Assembly (NCBI GenBank): GCA_002841865.1
Contig: PHBD01000007.1
Coordinates: forward strand, 18,726 to 82,725
Direction of reading: 5' to 3'
Length of the DNA: 64,000 bases
Source of the DNA: Deltaproteobacteria bacterium HGW-Deltaproteobacteria-19
GTDB taxonomy: Bacteria; Desulfobacterota; Syntrophia; Syntrophales; PHBD01
Positions within the stretch are counted from its first letter, which is position 1. Each line of letters starts with the position of its first letter. A program made the translations under genes and the position numbers. This document shows positions 35,028-43,704 of the stretch, piece by piece. The notes beneath the pieces were generated by a model. It saw nothing but the letters and a program-made list of their open reading frames with translations. It ran no database searches and was not told where the DNA came from.

Positions 35028-35894
35028 ATGATGGATCCACTGGATATGCGCACGCTGATCTTCGTCTCGGGGTTCACGTCCCTGGTCCTGTTCTTCTGCA
35101 TGCTATACATCTGGGAACACCAGCAGACCTACCCCGGTTTTCTGCGCTGGACCTTTGCGTCCCTCCTCAATGCCGCAGGCATGATCCTGATCAGCCAGCG
35201 GAATTTCATCACGGACTTTTTGAGCATTGTGGTTGCCGATGTCCTGCTGCTCGCCGCCATGATGCTGATCACCAGCGGACTCAGCCTCTTTACGATGCGG
35301 AATCCGCGGAACGGGCCCTATACCGCAACGATGGTCCTTTTTCTTGCCTTCATCCTCTGCTTCACCTATTGGTGGCCCAGCTATCCTCTCCGCGTGATTG
35401 TCTATTCGCTGATCCAGGCGTCCCTCTGCCTGGTGGCCGCATATATCATTTTCCGGCATCTCCCCGCTGTCGTACCGGGAAGGAACATGACGTACTTCTG
35501 GTTCTTCATTCTATGCTCCGTTTTCCCGATCCTGCGGGCCGCCTCCACCTTCACGGGTCCGCAGGAACCCGCCGAGGTCCTGTCCGTCAGTTTTCTGAAC
35601 CAGGTGGTGATTTTAGTCGGACTCGAGGTGTACGTGATTGTGGACATCGGGCTCATCATTCTCAACGCCCAGAGGATCAATCACGAACTGAAGACGGCCA
35701 GGGATGAGATCAAGACGCTCACCGGCTTTATTCCGATCTGTGCCAGCTGCAAAAAAATCCGCGACGACGAGGGCAGCTGGAACCAACTGGAGGCCTACCT
35801 GTCCCAGCACACCGACGTGTCGTTCAGCCACAGCCTGTGCCCGGATTGCGCGCAGAAGCTGTACCCGGAATTCTACAAGAAGGCGGAGGGCTGA
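35028..35894 (+). CDS. Polytopic membrane protein with a C-terminal Cys4 (CxxC...CxxC) module of unknown function
   Basis: Internal ATG at 35028. About 6-7 TM helices and a coiled linker are followed by GFIPICASCKKIRDDEGSWNQLEAYLSQHTDVSFSHSLCPDCAQKLYPEF. Confidence 0.7.
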   Translation: MMDPLDMRTLIFVSGFTSLVLFFCMLYIWEHQQTYPGFLRWTFASLLNAAGMILISQRNFITDFLSIVVADVLLLAAMMLITSGLSLFTMRNPRNGPYTATMVLFLAFILCFTYWWPSYPLRVIVYSLIQASLCLVAAYIIFRHLPAVVPGRNMTYFWFFILCSVFPILRAASTFTGPQEPAEVLSVSFLNQVVILVGLEVYVIVDIGLIILNAQRINHELKTARDEIKTLTGFIPICASCKKIRDDEGSWNQLEAYLSQHTDVSFSHSLCPDCAQKLYPEFYKKAEG

Positions 35895-35917
35895 AACATG
35901 CCGGCGGCGGATACGTT

Positions 35918-36886
35918 TCAGGAAACATGCACCGTCAGGAGCAGATCGCCGCGCTCGCCCGCTTCCACCTGCGTCCCCCCTCCCCGCAGGCGCAGGACCG
36001 CCCCGTCCCGCACACCCGGCGGCACGGCCACCCGGATCAGCCGGTCCCGGAGGCCGCTCCGGACCGTCACGACCTTTTTCGCCCCCTCCCGGGCCTCCCG
36101 GGACGTGATCTCCAGGATTCCCAGGAGATCCCCCTCCCCTTCTCCCTCCAGGGCGCCGGTTTTCTGCAGGCGCGGGCTGCGCTCCCGGACGGTGGCCTCG
36201 CCCAGCTTCCGGGACACCCCCGTCTCGGGGAACAGGAGCAGCATCTTCAGGAAAACGATGCCCACGACGAATCCGCCCACATGGGCCCACCACGCCACGC
36301 CGGAAACCTGGCCGGCGGTCAGGGCGGCGCTCAGGAACTGGATGAGGATCCAGATCCCCAGGAAGACAAAGGCGGGAATCTCGACAAACCAGGGAAAGAT
36401 GATGATCGGGATCAGCGTCAGGACCCGCGCCCGGGGATAGAGGATGAGGTAGGCCCCCATGACGCCGGCGATGGCCCCGCTGGCGCCCACTGTGGGCATG
36501 GGCGATCCCGGTGCCGACAGGAAATGGATCACCCCCGAGGCGACCCCGCAGAGTAGGTAGAACAGCAGGTACCGGGGATGGCCCAGCCGGTCCTCCACGT
36601 TGTCGCCGAAGATATAAAGGAACCACATGTTGCCCAGCAGGTGCCAGAAGCCGCCATGGAGAAACATGTAGGTGACGAAGGTTGCAGCCTGGTGGAACCA
36701 GGAAAAGTAGGCCGACAGGGAGGGATCGGTGAGCCGGGCCGGCACCAGGCTCCAGGTCAGGAGGAAAGCCTCCAGGCCCTCTCCACGGGCGACCTCCGCC
36801 AGGAAGGCGGCCACGTTGAGAACGATCAGGGCCGTGTTGACGGCCGGGAAGCGGTGGGAACGCACGGAATCGCGGATGGGAATCAT
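35918..36886 (-). CDS. Rhomboid-family intramembrane serine protease with C-terminal DnaJ_C-like domain
   Basis: FLHGGFWHLLGNMWFLYIFG and GASGAIAGVMGAY (catalytic Ser) plus WAHVGGF (His). The C-terminal 70 aa read IRVAVPPGVRDGAVLRLRGGG...GERGDLLLTVHV. Confidence 0.85.
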   Translation of the reverse strand: MIPIRDSVRSHRFPAVNTALIVLNVAAFLAEVARGEGLEAFLLTWSLVPARLTDPSLSAYFSWFHQAATFVTYMFLHGGFWHLLGNMWFLYIFGDNVEDRLGHPRYLLFYLLCGVASGVIHFLSAPGSPMPTVGASGAIAGVMGAYLILYPRARVLTLIPIIIFPWFVEIPAFVFLGIWILIQFLSAALTAGQVSGVAWWAHVGGFVVGIVFLKMLLLFPETGVSRKLGEATVRERSPRLQKTGALEGEGEGDLLGILEITSREAREGAKKVVTVRSGLRDRLIRVAVPPGVRDGAVLRLRGGGTQVEAGERGDLLLTVHVS

Positions 36887-36989
36887 GGAATCGGCCTGGT
36901 TTCTTCCTGAACGGTCGGACTTCGCAGTTTACACCGCAGGCAAAATAGATTAGAGTGCCCAAAATTGCAACGGAAATCGAGACTTCCCC

Positions 36990-37811
36990 TTGGATCCCCA
37001 GGCCCTGAAAGAGATCATCGTCCGGTTTGTCCGGGAGGCCGGTGCCGACATGGTCGGAATCGCCCCGGCGGAACGCTGGGATGAAGACGGGCGCGTCCCG
37101 CCGGACTTCCGCCCGGCCGCCCTTTGGGCGCCCGCCCGGAGCGTCATCGTTCTGGGCCTCGGGATGCCCCTCCCCATGGTGGAGACGACGCCCTCCATCG
37201 TCCACATGGAACTGTACCGCACGGTCAACCGGAAGCTGGACCTCCTGGCCTACGATCTCACCATGCTGCTGAACCGCCGGGGGGCGGCCTCCTTCTTCTT
37301 CCCCCGGGACGGATTCAGCAGCCTGAAGCCGTTCCATGAGCGGCCCGTGGCGGCCTTCAGCCACGTCATGGCCGCGTACTACGCCGGGCTGGGAACCATC
37401 GGGGCAAGCCATTGCCTCCTGACCCCGGCCTTCGGTCCCCGGGTCCGTTTCGTCTCGATCTTCACAGCGGCCGACCTGCCCGCTGACACCCCCCTGGAAA
37501 AGGATCTATGCATCCGCTGCGGCGCCTGCGCCGACTGCTGCCCCAAGAAGGCCATAACCCTCCGGAAGGACCGGGTCGTCGGCGACTACGACATGCCGGC
37601 CTGCCTGGAAATGGCCGAGGAACTGACCCGACGACGCTGCTACCCCTGCGGGATCTGCACGAAGGTGTGCCCCATCGGGGAAGACCGCAGACTCTACCGG
37701 GAGAAAGGGATCCTGAAAAAATACCGGAAGGAGGCCGAGGCGCTGGCGGCAGATCCGAACGATCCGCAATACCGCTCCTGGACCCACCTCCGCCGGTACG
37801 GGACCCCGTGA
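36990..37811 (+). CDS. 4Fe-4S dicluster protein (epoxyqueuosine-reductase/reductive-dehalogenase-related fold)
   Basis: TTG start. CIRCGACADCCP and CYPCGICTKVCP ferredoxin motifs follow a ~170-aa N-terminal domain. Confidence 0.6.
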   Translation: MDPQALKEIIVRFVREAGADMVGIAPAERWDEDGRVPPDFRPAALWAPARSVIVLGLGMPLPMVETTPSIVHMELYRTVNRKLDLLAYDLTMLLNRRGAASFFFPRDGFSSLKPFHERPVAAFSHVMAAYYAGLGTIGASHCLLTPAFGPRVRFVSIFTAADLPADTPLEKDLCIRCGACADCCPKKAITLRKDRVVGDYDMPACLEMAEELTRRRCYPCGICTKVCPIGEDRRLYREKGILKKYRKEAEALAADPNDPQYRSWTHLRRYGTP

Positions 37812-37893
37812 GGAGAAGCGCCGGGACCGGACGGCCCGGCCCGCCCCGGTGCGGACCGCCGGGAACCCGACAACGACAGAGGTTTCGCCGATC

Positions 37894-38655
37894 ATGAATC
37901 TGACCGAGTTCAACTCCCTCTTTCACAGCCTCCTGGAGGCGGAGCACGACACACCAACGATTCTTCGCGAAGGGAGACTGCTGCTGACGGAACTCCTGGG
38001 ACGCCGGGAATGGTTCGCCGAGCACATCAACAGGCTCCTGACGGACCGGGCGCTTCTCGCCGAGCAGAAGCCCTCCCTCTGGCCCAACGAAATCACCCTC
38101 CACCGCCATCCCGACGGCTCGTTCCAGATGCTGGCCTACATCTGGGAACCCGGGTCCATGGACACGATCCACGACCACGGCGCCTGGGGAATCATCGGGG
38201 CCTACCTCAACAAGATCCGGGAGCGGAAATACCGCCGCCTCGACGACGGGACCGTCGAGGGATACGCCGAGCTGGAGGAGTCGGCGGACCGCATTCTGAT
38301 GCCCCGGGAGATCAGCGTGGTGCGCCCCCTGGACGACGGCATCCATCAGATGGAAAACATCACCGACACCGTGGCCGTCACCATCAACGTCTACGGGAGA
38401 ACCGTCCGCAAGGGGTACAGCCAGTATTTCTACCCGGAGAAGAAGGCCGTGCAGCGGGTCTATCCCCCGCGGACCTACAAGGAAGTCCTCCTGCTCCGCT
38501 CCCTCGGGACGATCCGGGAGCCCTGGGCGGAGGAGATCCTGGCCAACGCCTCCCGGAACTCCATGCCGGACTACATCCGCCGGGAATGCGATCTCGCCCT
38601 GTCCGCCGTGAACAACGGCCGGGAAGCTCCGATCCGGCAGGAACCGCCTCTCTGA
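37894..38655 (+). CDS. Cupin, cysteine-dioxygenase type I-like protein
   Basis: Internal ATG at 37894. Metal-site-like strings MDTIHDHGAWG and IHQMEN. 253 aa. Confidence 0.55.
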   Translation: MNLTEFNSLFHSLLEAEHDTPTILREGRLLLTELLGRREWFAEHINRLLTDRALLAEQKPSLWPNEITLHRHPDGSFQMLAYIWEPGSMDTIHDHGAWGIIGAYLNKIRERKYRRLDDGTVEGYAELEESADRILMPREISVVRPLDDGIHQMENITDTVAVTINVYGRTVRKGYSQYFYPEKKAVQRVYPPRTYKEVLLLRSLGTIREPWAEEILANASRNSMPDYIRRECDLALSAVNNGREAPIRQEPPL

Positions 38656-38659
38656 CCGT

Positions 38660-39586
38660 GTGCGGATGAGACGGAAAGCGACCTCCCCGCAACACCGCGT
38701 GTTCGGCCTCGGGCAGTGCTCCCTGGATGCCTTGGGGACGATCGCAGCCTACCCGCCGCCGGATGTGAAATGCGAATTCACCGGGCTGACCGTCCAGGGG
38801 GGCGGACCCGTCGCCACGGCCCTGGCAGCCCTGTCCCGCTGGGGAATCGCCTGCGCCTTCGCGGGGGTTGTCGGCGACGACCCAGCCGGCGACGCCATCC
38901 GCGCGTCCCTCCTTGCCGAGGGCATCGACACGGCCGGCCTCGTCATGCGCCCGGGCGCCCTCTCCCAGCAGGCCTTCATCTTCGCCGAACCGGCCCGGAA
39001 AGGACGCCGCACCATCTTCTGGCAGCGGCCCACCGGCGATCCCCTCCTCCCCGGCGAGGTGGATCTGGAGAAGCTCCGCCGGGCCCACGCCTTCCACACC
39101 GACGGCCTGTTCATCGAGGCCGCCCTTTTCGCCGCTGACGAGGCCCGGAAGGCAGGCATCCCTGTCGTGGTCGACGCGGGAACCCTCCGGGATGGAATGC
39201 TGGACCTGGCGAGACGGAGCGACTGCTTCATCGCTTCGGAGACCTTCGGCCGCGCCCTGGCGGGGGACGACTTCCCCGGGGAGGCCCTGAAGCGGATGGC
39301 GGCCCTGGGGCCGGGTCTCGTCGCTGTCACCCTGGGCGCAGAGGGATACGCCGCCCTCCTCGACGGCCGGATCGTCCGGAAACCCGCCTGGCCGGCCAGG
39401 GCGGTGGACACCACGGGCTGCGGCGACGTCTTCCACGCCGGATTCGTCTACGGTCTATTGAACGGCTGGGAGCACGGACGTTCGCTCGATTTCGGCGCCT
39501 GGGCCGCCGCCCGGGTGAGCCGCCGTCTCGGCGGCCGGGCGGGAATCCCTACGCTCCGGCAGGTCCGGGCGGCGGGATACCGGTGA
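38660..39586 (+). CDS. PfkB-family carbohydrate/nucleoside kinase
   Basis: GGGPVATALAAL, a di-Gly region and a C-terminal DTTGCGDVFHAGFVYG (PfkB signature 2). The start is GTG 38660 or ATG 38666. Confidence 0.85.
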   Translation: MRMRRKATSPQHRVFGLGQCSLDALGTIAAYPPPDVKCEFTGLTVQGGGPVATALAALSRWGIACAFAGVVGDDPAGDAIRASLLAEGIDTAGLVMRPGALSQQAFIFAEPARKGRRTIFWQRPTGDPLLPGEVDLEKLRRAHAFHTDGLFIEAALFAADEARKAGIPVVVDAGTLRDGMLDLARRSDCFIASETFGRALAGDDFPGEALKRMAALGPGLVAVTLGAEGYAALLDGRIVRKPAWPARAVDTTGCGDVFHAGFVYGLLNGWEHGRSLDFGAWAAARVSRRLGGRAGIPTLRQVRAAGYR

Positions 39587-39731
39587 CGCTGCAGCCGATT
39601 GAACCGGACCGCGTGGTGAAAACCAACTAGGGGAAAACCCATATTTAGTCCGAGAAAATACCTGTCAATTAAGCGGCCAATGGCTTCTCCACAACAATAA
39701 ATGGAGATCTTCCCTTGATTGGAGCAATAAA

Positions 39732-42700
39732 ATGAGATTCGTGTCTGATGGACCATCAATCCCCGACGATCTTCTTGTTGCACGAGATGAAGGTCAAGTT
39801 GTCTTTATTTGTGGGGCCGGAGTATCTCAAGCACGCGCCAATCTACCCAATTTTTCTCAATTGACGCGGCATGTTATTGAAAGACTTGGAGCTACGTCTG
39901 AAGATCCGGCACGAAGACTTCTTGAAGAAGCAGAGAGACTGGATAAGATCGCGGGAGTCACTGGCGTTATTCCATACGACAGAATATTTGGACTTCTGGA
40001 AAGAGACTTTTCCATACAAGAGATTGAACAAGAAGCTGCTAAGGCTCTTAAGCCAGCTGAGAATCCCGATCTTTCCGCCCACCGGATCATACTGGATTTG
40101 GCAAAGATGCCAGATGGACGAGTCAGAATTGTTACGACAAACTTTGATCTTCTTTTCGAAGCCTGTGATTCTACATTACCGTGTTGCCGTCCCCCTCGCT
40201 TACCGGACCCCATGCGTGATGATGAATTTGAAGGAATCATTCATCTGCATGGCCGTGTAGACAGTAAATATCAAAATGCTGATGGTGACGGTTTTGTTCT
40301 CTCCAGTGCAGGTTTTGGACGTGCTTATCTCGCTGAAGGATGGGCAACTTCTTTTATCCGACCTATCATAGATCAATATATTGTCGTCTTTGTAGGATAC
40401 GCGGCGGATGATCCTCCTGTTTATTACCTACTGGAGGCACTGAACAGCTATAAAAAATCTTTGGCAGGTGTATATGCCTTTCAGGCCGGCAATGCGGGAG
40501 ATGCAGAAGCCAAGTGGAGGCATAAAGGTGTATGTCCCATCGCATATGATGAAGCGGACAACCATAAGGCCCTTTGGGATACGTTCGCAGGATGGGCAGA
40601 AAGGGCAAAAGACCCGAATGCCTGGCTCGAGAAAATCATTACCCTGTCGCAGGAAGGTCCTGAAGCACTGACACCGCATGAAAGAGGTCAGGTCGCGCAT
40701 ATTGTTTCCACACATGAAGGTGCCAGAAGGTTCGCCAACGCAGATGTTCCCCCTCCTGCCGAATGGCTATGCGTTTTTGATCCGGTCATCCGTTATATGA
40801 CTCCAGTCAATATCAATATTTATTCCGAGGATAAGCATCCATTTGATCCATTTTATGATGCATATGGGTTGGACAACGATACACCGCCACCGAGAGTTGA
40901 TCCGAGGGACTACTTTGCCAAAAGGGACTTACCCTTCGGTGAATGGGATGCCTTTTCACTCAACAAGTCAGATATCAAGAACCTTCAGGATGATCGCTAT
41001 GCAGCACTGCGGGGACACTGGGCAATCAATGTACCCCGATTATCATCGCGTTTGGAGCATTTGTGTGTATGGATCAGTAAAGTATGTCATCAACCGGCTG
41101 CCGCATGGTGGGCTGCCGGGCAAAAGGGCGTACATCATTCTCTTAAACATCTAATCCATTCTCAACTAGTGGACTCAAATGTAAACTCGTTCCCTTCAGA
41201 GGTTTATAAAGCCTGGAGGTTGATCCTTGAGGTATGGAGGAATCGAGAAAGGGATGCCGATTTGGATTGGCATGATTTGAAAAAGTCTATCAATCGTGAT
41301 GGCTGGAAAAATGAAACGATCAAAGAGTTTGCTTCTATCAGGAGGCCTTATCTCTCATTTGGTAACATGCCTCGGAAGAGCGGAAGCAAACCACCCTCAA
41401 TGAGAGAGGAGATTCAGTATAGAGAGTTGGTCAGTGTGGAAGTAAAATATCCTACGCCTTATCGTGATGCAGATATTCCTGATGACTTTCTCTTGTCCGT
41501 TGTCCAAGAGTTCCGAAAAAATTTAGAGCACGCAATCTATCTTGAACAGGACAGAGGTGGATATGGGTTACATCACCTTTCACCGATTGAACCGGATAAA
41601 AGTGTCAATGGCGATTCATATGAAAGAACACACGGTATATCAAGCATTCTGCTCTATTACGTCAAACTTTTCAAAAGACTCGTTGAAAGTGACCCACAAG
41701 TTGCCAAACAGGAATGTTTGGCATGGCGGCAGGATGAAGAAACGGTTTTTGATCTTTTGAGGATCTGGATCGCCGGTGACCCGCGTATATTCAGCGGAAA
41801 GGATGCGGGCGAATTGCTCATGCGGCTGAGTATGCAGTCGTTTTGGGAGCGCCGTCATCAGCGGGATTTGCTACTCGTGTTGGAAAAACGATGGAACGAT
41901 TTTCCAAAGGCAACGAGAATGCGCCTCGAACGTCGGATTTTGCAGGGGCCACCACCTTGTGAATTGGAAGAAAGGAAACGGTATGTCGATAGACGGGCAT
42001 GGACAATATTAAATCTGATTCATTGGTTGGCAGAACATGGATTACAATTCAGTTTTGATCTACGAAAGAAAAGCGAAAAACTGCGCAAGCAAGCACCCGA
42101 GTGGCAGCCTGAATATGCTGCAAAGGCAGCCAACTCCCTGGAAGGACGAGGCGGATTTATTAAGAGGAAAACAGAACATTCTTCACTTCTTGCCGAGCCT
42201 CCGGAATTGATTCTTCAAAAGGCGAAAGAACTCAGTGGCAGTGATTACGAAAGATTAACGGAGAATGATCCCTTCGCGGGTCTGTCGGCCGAAAGGGCGG
42301 ACCTCGCCCTTGCCGCGCTTGCTAGTAACGCGGATCGCAATGATTATCCGGAATGGGCATGGCGAACGTTCCTTTACGCAGATGCACGCAAGAATGATTC
42401 TGCAGATTTTTCGGCGCAGATAGGAAACCATATATTAGAAATGTCGGATGATGTCGTTTGTGGCATCATTTCACCTGTTTCTGATTGGTTTTTAAATGCC
42501 AGCAAGGGTCTTTTAGCTGCGCTGCAGGAGCGATTCTGGCAGATATGGGAACGGTTAATTGCAATCTTGAAATCTAAACCACAAAGTGCACCCTCAAACA
42601 TCTTAAGGCAGAAAGATGAACCTGATTTTGCCATGGAGGGTCTGAATGCGCCTGTTGGTAAGCTTGCACAAGCCTTGATGAATGATCCGGCAATAGCTAA

Positions 42701-43553
42701 TTTTGGTAAGAAGAGATGCCTGCCTTTGTTTTGGAGGAAACGCGTTGAAGAATTGCTCCATTTGGAAGGGAACCTGCGCCAACATGCTCTAGTAATGTTT
42801 ACTTACCATCTTGAATGGTTCTATGTAAGGGATTCTCGCTGGACACTAGAAAATTTGATTCCCTTACTAGATGCCGATGACGATGATCAAAAGGCCTTCT
42901 GGTCCGGTTTCTTCTGGAATCCACAATTGCATACTAAACTATTTGAAGTTCTGAAACCTTATTTGGTTCGTCTTGTCTACGACAAAACGGTTGAGAAACA
43001 GGGCCACCTAAACACCCTGTCGGCTATTCTCCTAGCCTATTGGTGGAATGTACTTCCCAAAACAGGTGAGCGACTTGTCAGTAGTACAGAGATGAGAGAG
43101 ATTCTTCTCCGGGCTGACGAAAATTTTCGGGTTAATACTCTATGGGAAGCTAAAAGCTTTCTTACAAGGAAGAAAGCGGACAGAAGAAGCTTATCAACAT
43201 TCATGACAGATGTATGGCCGAAGCATAAAAAGGCAAAAAGTCCTAGAATATCCGCTGCCCTTTGTGAATTGGTATTTACGGATGCCGAAGCTTTCGGAAG
43301 CCTTATCGATCTCATTCTGCCTCTGGTATCTAAATGTGATAAGCATGGATTATTTATCTACAAGCTAGATGATTCCAAAATTATTGATTTATTCCCTGAA
43401 AAAGTACTTGCGCTGGTGTATGTAGTTCTGCCTGATAACGCGTCTGAATGGCCTTATGGGATAGGGAATGTTCTTAAACGAATTGGTGAAGTAAAGCCGA
43501 CTCTTCTGAAAGATAAAAAGTTGCTTGAATTAAAGAAACGATTGGGTGGCTGA
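39732..43553 (+). CDS. SIR2-like (SIR2_2-type) domain protein with ~1000-aa unassigned helical C-terminal region; candidate defence-associated sirtuin (DSR-like NADase)
   Basis: 1273-aa ORF with GGAG 8 nt upstream. SIR2_2 motifs: VVFICGAGVS (aa 23-32), RIVTTNFDLLFE (N137), IIHLHGR (H171/H173) and VVFVGYAADDPPV. The gene is markedly AT-richer than both flanks. Confidence 0.8.
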   Translation: MRFVSDGPSIPDDLLVARDEGQVVFICGAGVSQARANLPNFSQLTRHVIERLGATSEDPARRLLEEAERLDKIAGVTGVIPYDRIFGLLERDFSIQEIEQEAAKALKPAENPDLSAHRIILDLAKMPDGRVRIVTTNFDLLFEACDSTLPCCRPPRLPDPMRDDEFEGIIHLHGRVDSKYQNADGDGFVLSSAGFGRAYLAEGWATSFIRPIIDQYIVVFVGYAADDPPVYYLLEALNSYKKSLAGVYAFQAGNAGDAEAKWRHKGVCPIAYDEADNHKALWDTFAGWAERAKDPNAWLEKIITLSQEGPEALTPHERGQVAHIVSTHEGARRFANADVPPPAEWLCVFDPVIRYMTPVNINIYSEDKHPFDPFYDAYGLDNDTPPPRVDPRDYFAKRDLPFGEWDAFSLNKSDIKNLQDDRYAALRGHWAINVPRLSSRLEHLCVWISKVCHQPAAAWWAAGQKGVHHSLKHLIHSQLVDSNVNSFPSEVYKAWRLILEVWRNRERDADLDWHDLKKSINRDGWKNETIKEFASIRRPYLSFGNMPRKSGSKPPSMREEIQYRELVSVEVKYPTPYRDADIPDDFLLSVVQEFRKNLEHAIYLEQDRGGYGLHHLSPIEPDKSVNGDSYERTHGISSILLYYVKLFKRLVESDPQVAKQECLAWRQDEETVFDLLRIWIAGDPRIFSGKDAGELLMRLSMQSFWERRHQRDLLLVLEKRWNDFPKATRMRLERRILQGPPPCELEERKRYVDRRAWTILNLIHWLAEHGLQFSFDLRKKSEKLRKQAPEWQPEYAAKAANSLEGRGGFIKRKTEHSSLLAEPPELILQKAKELSGSDYERLTENDPFAGLSAERADLALAALASNADRNDYPEWAWRTFLYADARKNDSADFSAQIGNHILEMSDDVVCGIISPVSDWFLNASKGLLAALQERFWQIWERLIAILKSKPQSAPSNILRQKDEPDFAMEGLNAPVGKLAQALMNDPAIANFGKKRCLPLFWRKRVEELLHLEGNLRQHALVMFTYHLEWFYVRDSRWTLENLIPLLDADDDDQKAFWSGFFWNPQLHTKLFEVLKPYLVRLVYDKTVEKQGHLNTLSAILLAYWWNVLPKTGERLVSSTEMREILLRADENFRVNTLWEAKSFLTRKKADRRSLSTFMTDVWPKHKKAKSPRISAALCELVFTDAEAFGSLIDLILPLVSKCDKHGLFIYKLDDSKIIDLFPEKVLALVYVVLPDNASEWPYGIGNVLKRIGEVKPTLLKDKKLLELKKRLGG

Positions 43554-43704
43554 CGCTTTCAGGAAGGAGTCTTGAGGGCCTGTTCAATGTCCCCGCCTGC
43601 AACTTCAAGTACCAGTCTTCAAAGATCTGTTCCAATTTTCTGAGGGCCGTTCCTGTCTACGGGATGGCGCAATACGGAATCGACGTGACCGGCAAACACC
43701 TCCA

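Noticed and set aside
34505-35110. 201-aa minus-strand ORF
   Set aside because: It overlaps the start of the membrane-sensor gene, and its composition is dominated by R/G/P/S. No motif is present.
39587-43704. Direct repeats, att sites or tRNA flanking the SIR2 island
   Set aside because: I compared the ~145-nt left and ~150-nt right flanks by eye and found no shared 8-mer or longer, and no tRNA-like sequence. The mechanism of acquisition is therefore unknown.
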